Shown here: positions 41,245 to 50,256 of the stretch, one piece after another | Position numbering within the stretch: the first letter of the stretch is position 1 | How the letters are laid out: the number at the start of each line of letters is the position of its first letter | DNA from: an uncultured Actinomyces sp. | Lineage (GTDB): Bacteria; Actinomycetota; Actinomycetes; Actinomycetales; Actinomycetaceae | Assembly: GCA_938022345.1 (NCBI GenBank) | Contig: CALIEP010000350.1 | Coordinates: forward strand, 1 to 50,545 | Reading direction: 5' to 3' | DNA: 50,545 nt | Notes under the pieces: generated by a model | Database searches by the model: none | Told to the model about the DNA's origin: nothing | The model's input: only the letters and a program-made list of their open reading frames with translations | Translations under genes and position numbers: made by a program

Positions 41245-42000
41245 TCACGTCATTGGCTTCACGAGTTTTAACAGGTCCGACGGCAAATACAAGGGCCTAC
41301 CTCCTTCATATCCAACCGGTTTTATTTTGCCCCGGTGAACATGGGAACGGAACGTTGTTTCCTTCACTTGTACTTTGCTGATTGCCTCGACAATGGTGCG
41401 CGCCCGGGAGGCGAAGACGGGGATGTCTAGCGCGTGGGTCAGCATGAGGTTTCTTGAGGCCTCGACCTGGATTTCTTCCCCACACTCGCGGCATTCGGCT
41501 ACTTCGGCTCCTGGCCGGGCTTCGACGTCGCTCCCGCACGCCGGGCATTTGCCAGCGTAAATACGTGTCTCGTGTTTAGGGGAAGCCAATGTTTCGAGTC
41601 GGTGTATGGCGTAGCAGACTTCGTCAACCATGGCGGGGGCCTCGATCCACCCTGCGGCCTTGGGCGCGTGAGAGGTGAAGGCTTGCCTTACGGCTCGCCA
41701 CCCACTGGGTATCCGGAGGCCGGGTTGGGTGTGGGCTATGAGCGCCGTAGCCCATATGAGGAGGGCGTCTTTCATTTCGTCGATGTCGTTGAGGAGTTGG
41801 AGGTTGATGGGGTCGCGCAGTCGGCTGGTGTGTGTGGTGTTGCCGTTTTTGAGGCCGGCAAGGGCGTAGTCGACTTCGCTCATGAGGCTGGGGAGGTCGG
41901 AGACACTGGTGGTGAGGCGACGTATGGCGGTCGTGCTGACGGTGGCTCCTGGGGGGAGGAGTTCGCCGGTGATGGGGCACGTGTTGTGGGTGTCGGTCAT
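41245..42000 (-). CDS. Hypothetical protein with Zn ribbon and C-terminal HTH-like segment; candidate late regulator
   Basis: CPAC...CREC, TFRSHVHRGKI...PLY; last gene before the late operon. Confidence 0.65.
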   Translation of the reverse strand: MTDTHNTCPITGELLPPGATVSTTAIRRLTTSVSDLPSLMSEVDYALAGLKNGNTTHTSRLRDPINLQLLNDIDEMKDALLIWATALIAHTQPGLRIPSGWRAVRQAFTSHAPKAAGWIEAPAMVDEVCYAIHRLETLASPKHETRIYAGKCPACGSDVEARPGAEVAECRECGEEIQVEASRNLMLTHALDIPVFASRARTIVEAISKVQVKETTFRSHVHRGKIKPVGYEGGRPLYLPSDLLKLVKPMT

Positions 42001-42368
42001 TCGTCATCTTCCTCTCGGTAGCCATTGAGCATGGCGGTGAGTTCCCTGAGGGTGGTGGTCACCCACTGGTCGGCGGGGTTGGCTTTTCCGTGGCGTTTGT
42101 GGATGATGAGGCCGGCTAGTGCGTCGTCGTTCCCTCTTTCGGTTTCGGCTTGGTTCATCCAGTCGGCTAGGGTGAGGCGGGTGGTGTTTTTGCATTCGAG
42201 GACGAGGCGTTGCCCCCAGATGCGTACTCCTGCGATGTCGCCTCGGTCTTTACTACCGGTTTTTGCTCGCCTGTCGATCCGGTCGTCGACGTGTTGGGCG
42301 AGGTAGTCGGCGACTTGGCGTTCGAACGTGGTGCCGGCTTTTTTAGCACTGGCTCGGTTGCGGGTCAT
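41997..42368 (-). CDS. Holliday junction resolvase-like PD-(D/E)xK nuclease
   Basis: KKAGTTFER, DRGDIAG, LECKN. Confidence 0.8.
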   Translation of the reverse strand: MTRNRASAKKAGTTFERQVADYLAQHVDDRIDRRAKTGSKDRGDIAGVRIWGQRLVLECKNTTRLTLADWMNQAETERGNDDALAGLIIHKRHGKANPADQWVTTTLRELTAMLNGYREEDDE

Positions 42369-43783
42369 TTATCTAGGCCTTTCTTGAGTTGAGCGTGGAA
42401 GCTTTCGGCGATGACCTCGAGGAGGTCTGTTACTCGCCGGTTGGCGTGCTGGTCGGTGACGTGGTGGTCGCTTCCGGGGGTGAGCTGGTCAAGGACCTTG
42501 ATTTTTTCTTGGAGGACTCGGTGAATGGGTTCGTCGAGAGTGTTTTCGGCGAGGAGGGTGGTGATAGTGACGGGGTGGGTTTGGCTGATGCGGTGGATGC
42601 GGTCTTCGGCCTGGACAACGGCTGCTGGTGTCCATTCGGTTTCGACGAAGAGCGCCTCGCTGGCTCTGGTGAGGGTGAGGCCTACTCCTGCTGCGGTGAT
42701 TTGGGCGATGAGGATGTCGATGTGTCCGTTTTGGAAGTCGCGGGTGATTTTGTCTCGTTCTTCTGCGGTGGTTTGCCCGTTGTAGATGGCTGTGCGCAGG
42801 TTGGGGCCTGCTTGGTGGAGGGCTTGTTGGAGGCCGTTGAGGACGCTGGTGTGGATTGCCCAGGCAATGAGGGGGCGGCGGGTTCCTTCTTGGTGTTCGA
42901 GGATCCAGCGGGTGGCTTCGGGGATTTTTGCGAGCCCTGTGAGGCGGCGTAGAGCTGAGATGAGGCCCCGGGGGTCGTCTTCTTGTGTGGTGAGGAGTTG
43001 GGGGCGTACTTCTTCGTAGGCTGTGGCGAGTTCTTTTGGCTGGAGGGTGATGTGGTGTGTGTGTCGGGCTTTTGCTGGTAGTTGGTTGAGGACGTCGGCT
43101 TTGGTGCGTCTGATCCATGCGTGGTCGGTGAGGCGCATGTAGAGGTCTGGGAGGGTTTTGGGGTTTGGAATGTAGTCGCCGAAGTAGTTTTGTTCGCAGT
43201 AGGTGTGGGTGAAGTTGTGGGGGAAGTGGTGGGTGGTTTTGGTTAGGCGGAGGAGGGGGAGGATGTCGAGGGGGCTGCTTGTGATGGGGGTGCCGGTGAG
43301 GGCGATGACGTGGGGGGTGTTTTTGGCGAGGTGGAGGAGTGTGCGGGTGCGTTTGGTGGTGGGGTTTTTGTAGCGGTGGGCTTCGTCGGCGATGAGCATT
43401 TGGGGGTTCCATGCGTGGATTTTTTGTGCGAGTTGTGGGCGTGCTGTGAGGAGGGTGTCGCTGGTGATGATGATTCCGGTGTTGGGGAGGGTGGGGTTTC
43501 GTGTTTGTGGGGTGATGGTGGTGAGGGTGCTGTCGTGTGGGAGTGCGTGGGTGAGGATGCCGCTGCGGTTGGTTTCATAGGTCCAGTTGGTGGTGAGGGC
43601 GGGTGGGCAGGTGATGAGGGTGCGGGTGGGTTGGGTGAGGGCGATTGCGAGGAGTGCTTGGATGGTTTTTCCGAGGCCTGGTTCGTCGGCGATGATGGGA
43701 TGGCCGGTGAGAGCGGCGAGGGCGCCTTGGGTTTGGTAGGGGAAGGGTTGGGGGGTGAACCAGGGGCTGCTGGGATTGGTCAT
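42365..43783 (-). CDS. SNF2-like (SF2) helicase
   Basis: ADEPGLGKT, DEAH, LTGTP, AAGVGLTL, QAEDRIHR. Confidence 0.92.
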   Translation of the reverse strand: MTNPSSPWFTPQPFPYQTQGALAALTGHPIIADEPGLGKTIQALLAIALTQPTRTLITCPPALTTNWTYETNRSGILTHALPHDSTLTTITPQTRNPTLPNTGIIITSDTLLTARPQLAQKIHAWNPQMLIADEAHRYKNPTTKRTRTLLHLAKNTPHVIALTGTPITSSPLDILPLLRLTKTTHHFPHNFTHTYCEQNYFGDYIPNPKTLPDLYMRLTDHAWIRRTKADVLNQLPAKARHTHHITLQPKELATAYEEVRPQLLTTQEDDPRGLISALRRLTGLAKIPEATRWILEHQEGTRRPLIAWAIHTSVLNGLQQALHQAGPNLRTAIYNGQTTAEERDKITRDFQNGHIDILIAQITAAGVGLTLTRASEALFVETEWTPAAVVQAEDRIHRISQTHPVTITTLLAENTLDEPIHRVLQEKIKVLDQLTPGSDHHVTDQHANRRVTDLLEVIAESFHAQLKKGLDK

Positions 43784-43808
43784 TGGAGTGTTCCTGTTTT
43801 AAGTGTGG

Positions 43809-44051
43809 TTAGTTGGTTTTTTTGAGGCTGAGGAGGGCGTAGCCGGGGTTGAGGCCTTGTGGGAATTGGTGGTGGGTAAGGATGTGGGTGATGGTCCAGG
43901 TGCCGGGGTGTGGGGTGCCGTCGGGTGTGGTGAAGGTGAGGGTGTCGCCAGTTTGGTAGTTGCGGTCATTGAGGCGGATTTCATGGGTTTTGATTCCAGC
44001 GTTAAGTGCTTGCCAGTGGAGGGCTTGGATTTTGAGTTGGTGGTGGGTCAT
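43809..44051 (-). CDS. DUF3850/ASCH-like protein
   Basis: HQLKI, GIKTHEIRLNDRNYQTGDTL, GYALLSL. Confidence 0.8.
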   Translation of the reverse strand: MTHHQLKIQALHWQALNAGIKTHEIRLNDRNYQTGDTLTFTTPDGTPHPGTWTITHILTHHQFPQGLNPGYALLSLKKTN

Positions 44052-44081
44052 GTTGGGGCTTTCTGTGTAGAGTGGCTGGCC

Positions 44082-44394
44082 TGTGGATAACTTTTTCCAC
44101 AGCTGTGGATAACTGAGGAGGCAGGACACTTTGGACACTTTGTCTCTATATTTTTTGGATTTTTTTCTTAAGCCCTTTTTTTGGCTTATTTCCTATGTTT
44201 TTATTTCAGAAATAATTTGTTAGAAAAAAGTGTCCAAAGTGTCCAGAGGTGGCCATTTTCGTTGAGATAACACGGTTTTAAGGCTGGACACTTTTCTAAA
44301 TAAAGTGTCCAGAAGTGTCCACGTTTCTAAAAAGTGTCCAGCGCCGTGGACACTTTGTGAGAGAAAGTGTCCAGGTCCAGCAGCCTGTGGATAA
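44082..44394. repeat. Putative phage replication origin: 10 iterons, AT-rich tract, DnaA boxes
   Basis: AAGTGTCC in both orientations x10 (44124-44373); AT-rich 44143-44229; TGTGGATAA at 44082, 44104 and 44386. Confidence 0.85.
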
Positions 44395-44395
44395 C

Positions 44396-46879
44396 TCATG
44401 ATTTGAGGCCTCCTCCGAGGTCGCTCCATGGGTCTTTTTCGCCCTCGTCGGACTCGTCGGTGAGGGTGACATTTGTATAGGTGCGCATCCCCTGACTTTT
44501 CGTCTTGTCGATTTGGAATCGGGTGGTGAGCTCACGAGTGAACGCGTTCTGAGACGCAGGATTAATCCCCTCCTGCTTGCACCATTCGACGTAGGCTTCT
44601 CGCATGTCTGCGTATCTGACGTAGGCGTATTCCCCGCCGCCGATGATCAATCTGTCTTCAACGAAACGCTTGAGGGTGTCCTCGCTGGCCTCATAGTCAG
44701 AGGTCGCTTCACGAACCACGCTCGGGGTATCCAAGCCCTGGGCGAAGTAGCGGACAGCTCCCTGAATAATCCAGTGGAGAATGCCAGCGCCTTCTTCGTC
44801 GACGAGCTTTTGGGCGAGGTTGTCGACTCGTTCTTCTTCGGGGACGGTGTTGGTGAAGGGAATGAGGCGCACGCGCCGCCAGAAGCTGTAGCCTCCGGCC
44901 TGTACTTTCGGCTGGTGGTTTCCTAGCAGGGTGAGGCTGTGGGTGGGGGTGAATTCGAAGAAGTCACTGTGCATCCACCTGGCTGCGATCCTGTCCCCGC
45001 CGGTGAGTTGTTTGACTTTCACTTCGTCGAAGACAGCGTTTTCTGGGACTTCGCTTGCGAAGATGAGGCGTTTGCCGTGGAGGCGTGCGAGTTCGGTGGG
45101 GTGCTGGCTGGTGGTGCTGGTGAGGAAGTTGGCTGGGGCTGCGCCCGCGTAGTCGGCGAGGAGGGTTTGGAGGACGTCTGCGAGGACGCTCTTACCGTTC
45201 GCTCCTCCCCCGTAGTAGAAGGGCAGGATTTGTTCGCCTACTAGGCCGGTTGCTTGGTAGCCGATGAGGGTCTGTAGGTAGGTGATGATGTCTTCGTGGC
45301 CTTTGAATGTGGTCGTGAGGAAGCGGTACCACATGGGGGTGGGTTTGGGTTGGGGCGTGCAGAGTGTGGTTTTGGAGTGGAGATGGACGGGGTCTGAGGG
45401 GATGAGTTCCCCGGTTTTGAGGTTGATGATGCCGCCGGGGGTGTTGAGTTCGGTGGGGCGGTTGTCGAATTCGGTTTGTGTGATGGTGATCCTTGCGTCG
45501 GTTGCCGCCAGGGTGAGGGTGTTGGTGATGCCCGCACTGGAGAGGCTGCGTTTGCGCCATTTGGCGAGGGTGTCGGTGTCGGTTGGGAGTTGTCGGAAGA
45601 TTCCTTTGGTGAGTTCGCGGATGATGCCGCCGCCGGAGGGTTGGGTTTGCCACGTGGAGCCGGTCCACCATGCCCACTTCTGCCTGTCGGTGACGTAGCG
45701 GAGGTCATGAAGGTGGGTGTCGATGAGGAGGAGGGCGTTTGCGTCTTCTGTGAGGTCGCGTAGGTGTGCTTTCTCAGCTACTGCCACCACGGTGGAGGCG
45801 TCTTCTGCGAGTTCGAGCGTGCTTGCCGCCTCGCCGTGTGGGGTGAGGCGTGTGGGGGCGAGGTCGAAGGAGAGGCCGCCGTCAAGGTCTCCGATCCCCT
45901 GGTTTTTCAGCTCGAGGGCGGCTTTTTTCATGTCGCCCCCGTGGTTGAGGAGCGCGTAGGCCGCGAACTTCGTGTAGGGGGTGTCGGTGGTGAAGATGGT
46001 GTTGGAGGAGAAGACGTAGAGGCGGTCGCGGTCATTCTTGTAGCCGGTGGAGGCTGATACGCTGCCTCGGGGTTTTCCTGGGCGCGTCCAGTACTGTTCC
46101 CCGCGTTCGCCCTGGTGGGCTTTTGTCCACCCGTGGGGTGTGAGGATGTCGTCCCACGTCATCGCCTGGTCGATGGCTGCCCCTGGCCTCGTGTCCTCAG
46201 CCGAACTGGTGTAGGGGCGAGAAGGGGAAATAGAGGTGGTGCCTGTGAGGGTGGGCGTGTTGATTGGCTCGTCGAGGAGGCGGAAGAGGTCGAGGACTTG
46301 GTTGAGTTCTTCTCCTGTGAGGGTGGGGATCGTGTGGGGGCCTCCTGCGAGGAGTGTCCACGCTTGTCCCGAGTGGTGGAAGCGCCCGGGGGTGGGGGCG
46401 ATGACGCTGTAGCCACCGTTTTCGCGGGTCTCGGCCAGGGTGTGGATTTTTCCGTCTTCGGTTTGGGTGCGGGCGAGTTTCCTGTTGCCGCTGGGGTTGC
46501 CGGGGGCTTTCACGTACCAGTGGAAGCCGCCTGATGGGCTTTTTTCGAGCCAGCCGCTCATAAACCGCTGCCACAGTGGGGTGATGTCGTGGTCGGCTGC
46601 CGCTTGGGTGAGGTCAGCGATTTTCGATGCCCCTTCGGCTTCGAGTTCGATCATGACGAGGCCGTCGGACACGCCTCCACAGCAGGCCGCGAGCCCGTAG
46701 GCGCCTTCTTCAGCGAACCAGGTTTCTACTTGTTCGCGTGTGGCTGCCTGTTGTTGGTATTGCTTCCATGCGACGGCTGGCCGTTTGTCCCCACGAGTGC
46801 CGGCGGGGAGGATTGGGATGACGCTGATGCCCACCTGGTGGCAGGCGATAGCCATTTCTAGGACGGTTGTTGGTGTCAC
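44396..46879 (-). CDS. Bifunctional primase-polymerase fused to a P4/D5-family SF3 helicase
   Basis: Prim-Pol motifs (KRPAVAWK, SPSGGFHWY, GGYSVIAP); D5 region with GGGANGKS, KQLTGGD, FWRR. Confidence 0.92.
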   Translation of the reverse strand: MTPTTVLEMAIACHQVGISVIPILPAGTRGDKRPAVAWKQYQQQAATREQVETWFAEEGAYGLAACCGGVSDGLVMIELEAEGASKIADLTQAAADHDITPLWQRFMSGWLEKSPSGGFHWYVKAPGNPSGNRKLARTQTEDGKIHTLAETRENGGYSVIAPTPGRFHHSGQAWTLLAGGPHTIPTLTGEELNQVLDLFRLLDEPINTPTLTGTTSISPSRPYTSSAEDTRPGAAIDQAMTWDDILTPHGWTKAHQGERGEQYWTRPGKPRGSVSASTGYKNDRDRLYVFSSNTIFTTDTPYTKFAAYALLNHGGDMKKAALELKNQGIGDLDGGLSFDLAPTRLTPHGEAASTLELAEDASTVVAVAEKAHLRDLTEDANALLLIDTHLHDLRYVTDRQKWAWWTGSTWQTQPSGGGIIRELTKGIFRQLPTDTDTLAKWRKRSLSSAGITNTLTLAATDARITITQTEFDNRPTELNTPGGIINLKTGELIPSDPVHLHSKTTLCTPQPKPTPMWYRFLTTTFKGHEDIITYLQTLIGYQATGLVGEQILPFYYGGGANGKSVLADVLQTLLADYAGAAPANFLTSTTSQHPTELARLHGKRLIFASEVPENAVFDEVKVKQLTGGDRIAARWMHSDFFEFTPTHSLTLLGNHQPKVQAGGYSFWRRVRLIPFTNTVPEEERVDNLAQKLVDEEGAGILHWIIQGAVRYFAQGLDTPSVVREATSDYEASEDTLKRFVEDRLIIGGGEYAYVRYADMREAYVEWCKQEGINPASQNAFTRELTTRFQIDKTKSQGMRTYTNVTLTDESDEGEKDPWSDLGGGLKS

Positions 46880-46920
46880 GATCTGTTACCTCAAAGCGTG
46901 TGTTTTGCGAAGGGGGGGGG

Positions 46921-47142
46921 TTAGAAGAGGGGGGTGCCCGAGATGGGGGTCTCCTGCGGTTCGTCTGGTTCCCAGCGTTCGACCTTGGTGACGTTTGTTG
47001 GCGTGTGGAGGTTGCCGTTGAGGGTTTGTAGGAGGATGGGGGTGCCGTTGGTTTGGGCGGGGGCTTCGATCTTGTAGTGGGGGGTGGTGATGCGGAGCCA
47101 GTCGCCTTTGACTACTTGCTCAGGGCTGATGTTGTGCCACAT
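46921..47142 (-). CDS. Hypothetical protein
   Basis: 73 aa, AAAGGA RBS, in the early operon. Confidence 0.55.
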   Translation of the reverse strand: MWHNISPEQVVKGDWLRITTPHYKIEAPAQTNGTPILLQTLNGNLHTPTNVTKVERWEPDEPQETPISGTPLF

Positions 47143-47180
47143 TTGGGTGTCCTTTTTGTGAGAGAGGTGCGGGGGGTGTT

Positions 47181-47225
47181 TGGTGCCCGCCGGGGACTTG
47201 AACCCCGGGTGTGTTCCGCTCGGGC
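47181..47225 (-). ncRNA. tRNA-like minihelix element (T-arm + short acceptor stem + ACCA)
   Basis: GCCCG-agcggaacacac-CCGGGG-TTCAAGT-CCCCGG-CGGGC-ACCA; no D or anticodon arm. Confidence 0.55.
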
Positions 47226-47238
47226 TAAATAACGGGGG

Positions 47239-47907
47239 TTAGAGGCTGGCTCGGATTTGGGCGACGACGGAGGCGTCGAGGCCTGCTGCTGAGGCGATTG
47301 ACTGGTCGTCGAGTCCTGCGCGGATGAGGGCAGGCACGTCCACCTGCTGCGGAGCCTGCGCGGCGGGCTGAGGTGCTTGGGTGGGCTGAGGCGCCGGGGG
47401 AGTCAAAGCAGCCTGCAGGGAGGGGGTCATCGCCTCGTTCAACGCGGCGGTAGATGCCGCCTGGATCGCGTACTCGTAGATCTTTTCCGTGTAGGAGCCG
47501 TCCTTGCCGTGCTTGCGTTCCTCGCCGACGAACCGGGCGGTGAACGTGTTCCCCAGGGCGAGAGCTGTGCTGGCTTCCTTCATTCCGGCTGCGCGCATTG
47601 CCTCGCCGAGCGCCGCCTTCTTCCCGCCCCACAAGGGGATGTAGACGCTGCGCTTCCCGTCATCGTCCGCGTCCTCACGCAGGCTGGTCTGCAAGGTGAG
47701 GATGACCTGCTTCTTCGGATCCCCGCTGGGGAAGAACTCCGGTTCCTTCGTCTTGTAGTTCGTCACCTGCTTCACGTCCACCTTGGCGATGGTGCCGGTG
47801 ACGGTGTCCCCTGGCTCGGAGTGCAGGTTGAAAAATGACTTGCTGCCACCGTGCAGTGCGGAATCAATGTCGGCGAAGGGGTTAGGGGTGGTGAATGTGT
47901 CGGTCAT
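47239..47907 (-). CDS. Putative ssDNA-binding protein
   Basis: PGDTVTGTI, FPSGDPKKQ..TLQT, DDDGKR, Pro/Gln-rich tail; sits between the exonuclease and primase genes. Confidence 0.7.
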   Translation of the reverse strand: MTDTFTTPNPFADIDSALHGGSKSFFNLHSEPGDTVTGTIAKVDVKQVTNYKTKEPEFFPSGDPKKQVILTLQTSLREDADDDGKRSVYIPLWGGKKAALGEAMRAAGMKEASTALALGNTFTARFVGEERKHGKDGSYTEKIYEYAIQAASTAALNEAMTPSLQAALTPPAPQPTQAPQPAAQAPQQVDVPALIRAGLDDQSIASAAGLDASVVAQIRASL

Positions 47908-47981
47908 GATCGTTTCTTCTTTCTTGTTGATGTAAAAACAGGGTGTGTGTAAAAAAATTGGTGTGAGTGGGATGGTCTCTT

Positions 47982-48815
47982 TTACAGGTCGAAGGTCAAC
48001 CCTCCTTCCACCTGCGGGGGCGGCGTATAGTCCGGGTACTTACGGCAGTCAAAACAACCGTCCGCTCGCTCGAGTCCGCTGATCCACTGGGTGACGGCTT
48101 CCTCGCCTGCGAAAGCTCGCAGGGTACGGATTTGCTTATCCAAATGGTTTGCGCGTTCCAACGCTGCTAGGGCGATTTGCTCGTCGTAGGGCTCGCTCCA
48201 CCAGAAGTGATCCCCCCAGGCCGCTGATTGGGCGGGTAGGAACAGGATGGACACTGCGTTGACTTTGCAGCCTCTGCGTTCCCAGCCCCGCCCGTAGAGG
48301 TGGGCTTGGACCCGGTAGGTGTCGGAGGGGCCTTTGGCCCGGTATTTTTTGAGGCTGTTTTGGCCGACGAATTTCCAGTCGACGGTTTGTCCGGCGTGGA
48401 GGTCGAAGAGGTCGGTGCTGCCTGTGATCGGGGTGTCGCCGATGTCGCCGACCCACACGGTCTCCTCGCACACCCACCGTTTCTTGTGTCCTCTAGTCAC
48501 ATAGTCTGGGCGGCGAGTATCCGCGTCCATGAAAAGGTGCTCGAGCCAAAAATGGATCGCTGTCCCTTTAGTGGTTGTCCACGGGACCCCCAGTTCTTTT
48601 TTCTCCCAGCCAGCTAGGCGGGCAGCCAGGCAGTGCGTGCAGGGGGTGCCGATTTCACTCGGCCCGATCCTTTTTTGCAAGCTGCGAGGGTGGTTGGTGA
48701 TCGCGTCCAGGATCTGCCCTGTGATGTCTCGTTTAGCTTGCTCCGGGTCTACGCCTTGGTAGGTGTCCCACCATTCGGGTGTGGTGGTGAGGTCGCTCAG
48801 CGGTTCTTCGCTCAC
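47982..48815 (-). CDS. Cas4-like/PD-(D/E)xK exonuclease
   Basis: IGPSEIG..C, GTAIH, GSTDL, VDWK, QAHLYG, C-terminal CFDC. Confidence 0.85.
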   Translation of the reverse strand: MSEEPLSDLTTTPEWWDTYQGVDPEQAKRDITGQILDAITNHPRSLQKRIGPSEIGTPCTHCLAARLAGWEKKELGVPWTTTKGTAIHFWLEHLFMDADTRRPDYVTRGHKKRWVCEETVWVGDIGDTPITGSTDLFDLHAGQTVDWKFVGQNSLKKYRAKGPSDTYRVQAHLYGRGWERRGCKVNAVSILFLPAQSAAWGDHFWWSEPYDEQIALAALERANHLDKQIRTLRAFAGEEAVTQWISGLERADGCFDCRKYPDYTPPPQVEGGLTFDL

Positions 48816-48816
48816 C

Positions 48817-49164
48817 TTATTTCACCCTCACGGTGGGCGCGCCTTCGGTGTAGAAGCCGCCATCTTCAAGGGTCTTTTCGGACAGATGCTTCTTCACCGC
48901 TGCCGTGTTCAAGGTGGGGGTGTAGAGGTCAGGCCAGGAGACGACAGGGTAGGCAGATGCAATCGCGGAGGTGTTGAGCCTGCGGGTGGGGCGGCTGATC
49001 GTGATCTGGTGGTCGCCAGCTTCGATGGTCTGTCCTGGCTGGAACTGGTCGCGCAGTCAGCCTTCGATCTGTGCTTTTTCACCTGCGAGAGTGTCGATCT
49101 GCTGCTTGATGTCGACGAGGCGGGCGGCGGCGTTTTCGATCTGAGTGCCGATCTGGGTGGTCAT
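48817..49164 (-). pseudogene. Hypothetical early protein with one in-frame TGA at 49057-49059
   Basis: MTTQIGTQIENAAARL...QIEG*LRDQFQPGQTIEAG...PTVRVK*; a 116-codon frame exactly fills the gap between neighbours. Confidence 0.7.
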
Positions 49165-49412
49165 TTGTTCTTCTCCATCAGTGTCAGGGAAATAAAGGCG
49201 AGGACGTGCAGGGCTGCGAAGTAGGTGAAGTGCGGCCAGCTCATCCGCCACTCGGGATACGTCATCGAGATCATGAAGATGGTGACGTAGGCGAGGGTGA
49301 GGAAGCCGAACGAAATGAGGGTGAAGAGGGAGAATAGGATGTAGAGGTTTTCTCGTCTCTCTTTGCGTTCCTGCTTTTGGAGGGCTTCGTGGAAATCAAG
49401 CTGCAGGGACAT
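49161..49412 (-). CDS. Small membrane protein (2 TM)
   Basis: 83 aa, two hydrophobic stretches, ATGA coupling to the next gene. Confidence 0.65.
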   Translation of the reverse strand: MSLQLDFHEALQKQERKERRENLYILFSLFTLISFGFLTLAYVTIFMISMTYPEWRMSWPHFTYFAALHVLAFISLTLMEKNK

Positions 49413-49560
49413 CGTTCACCTCTACTCCGTGGTCGGTAAGAAAGCGCTGCTGTAGGTGTGCGGGGAGTGTGGCCGCAATCTTGCGCAGGCGTTTTTCGTA
49501 TTGGAAATTCAATCGGATGATCCAGTCGAGCTGAGCTCGGCGGCTGGTATTCTTGTTCAT
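49396..49560 (-). CDS. 54-aa hypothetical protein
   Basis: AAAGGAGG RBS; MNKNTSRRAQLDWIIRLNFQYEKRLRKIAATLPAHLQQRFLTDHGVEVNDVPAA*. Confidence 0.6.
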   Translation of the reverse strand: MNKNTSRRAQLDWIIRLNFQYEKRLRKIAATLPAHLQQRFLTDHGVEVNDVPAA

Positions 49561-49632
49561 GAATGATTTCCCTCCTTTCGGGGGTCTGCCTCCACGGGGT
49601 TGCCGCCTCGTGGAGGTTTTTTGTGAGGGGGG

Positions 49633-49899
49633 TCAGCGGGAAGCGCGGATCTTACGCGGCTTCAAGAGGTCCGCTTTGCGGATCCGTGTGCTTCGCGGCC
49701 CGAGCCTCACGGGTGTGATGTAGCCTCCAGCGATCCAGCGGCGGATGGTGCGCGGATCGACTTTGGCGAGGGCTGCGGCTTCGCGCTGTGTAAGAAGGTC
49801 TGCGCTGTCGTCGCGCACTTGGGTCACCACGCTGATAGCAAGGTCTTCCATGGGGAGGACCTGCCCGTCAGGTGTGCAGGCGACCAATTTCGCGTTCAT
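49633..49899 (-). CDS. Excisionase-like HTH protein
   Basis: LLTQREAAALAKVDPRTIRRWIAGG..PVRLGPRSTRIRKADL. Confidence 0.8.
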   Translation of the reverse strand: MNAKLVACTPDGQVLPMEDLAISVVTQVRDDSADLLTQREAAALAKVDPRTIRRWIAGGYITPVRLGPRSTRIRKADLLKPRKIRASR

Positions 49900-49901
49900 C
49901 T

Positions 49902-50147
49902 CTAGGCCTCCAGTCGTTTTGCGTCTTCGAGTAGGGAGATCAGATTCAAGCCAAGGACTGTGGTGATCCGGTCGAGTTCGGTAACCGTGAAAGGCGATGC
50001 ACCCTTGCTTTTCACACGTCGCGTCAGTGTGGAGTGTGAAATTCCGGTTTCGGTCGATACTGATAAGATCGAGCGGCCTGAGCTTTGGATTGCCTCCCCG
50101 ATCCTCTCGGCGATCATTGCCGAGTAATCATTTGGGCTGTTCTCCAT
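49902..50147 (-). CDS. Cro-like XRE regulator
   Basis: HTH SILSVSTETGISHSTLTRR, FTVTEL; first gene of the lytic operon. Confidence 0.8.
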   Translation of the reverse strand: MENSPNDYSAMIAERIGEAIQSSGRSILSVSTETGISHSTLTRRVKSKGASPFTVTELDRITTVLGLNLISLLEDAKRLEA

Positions 50148-50256
50148 ATGGATAACTCTATTCCCCATTTGGGGAACTGTCAAGGTGCTTGCGTACAAAA
50201 TCGCGTTTTTCATTTTGGAGTATTGTGTTTTCCAAAATGAGCTGTACAATCTCAGT
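50140..50256. promoter_or_regulatory. Lysis/lysogeny switch: divergent promoters and operators
   Basis: Minus strand TTGACA-17-TAGAGT (50183-50155) with palindrome TTCCCCATTTGGGGAA in the spacer; plus strand TTGTGT-16-TACAAT (50223-50250). Confidence 0.8.

Noticed and set aside
42489..43412. 307-aa Pro/His/Arg-rich ORF overlapping the helicase
   Set aside because: Alternative frame kept open by the C/A-rich coding strand
47181..47225. Functional tRNA gene or attR copy
   Set aside because: No D or anticodon arm, and the sequence differs from the tmRNA 3' end
44082..48815. CRISPR array (44124-44373 repeats) with the Cas4-like gene
   Set aside because: Repeats are 8-10 bp, in both orientations and irregularly spaced; Cas4-like exonucleases are common phage replication genes and no other cas genes are present
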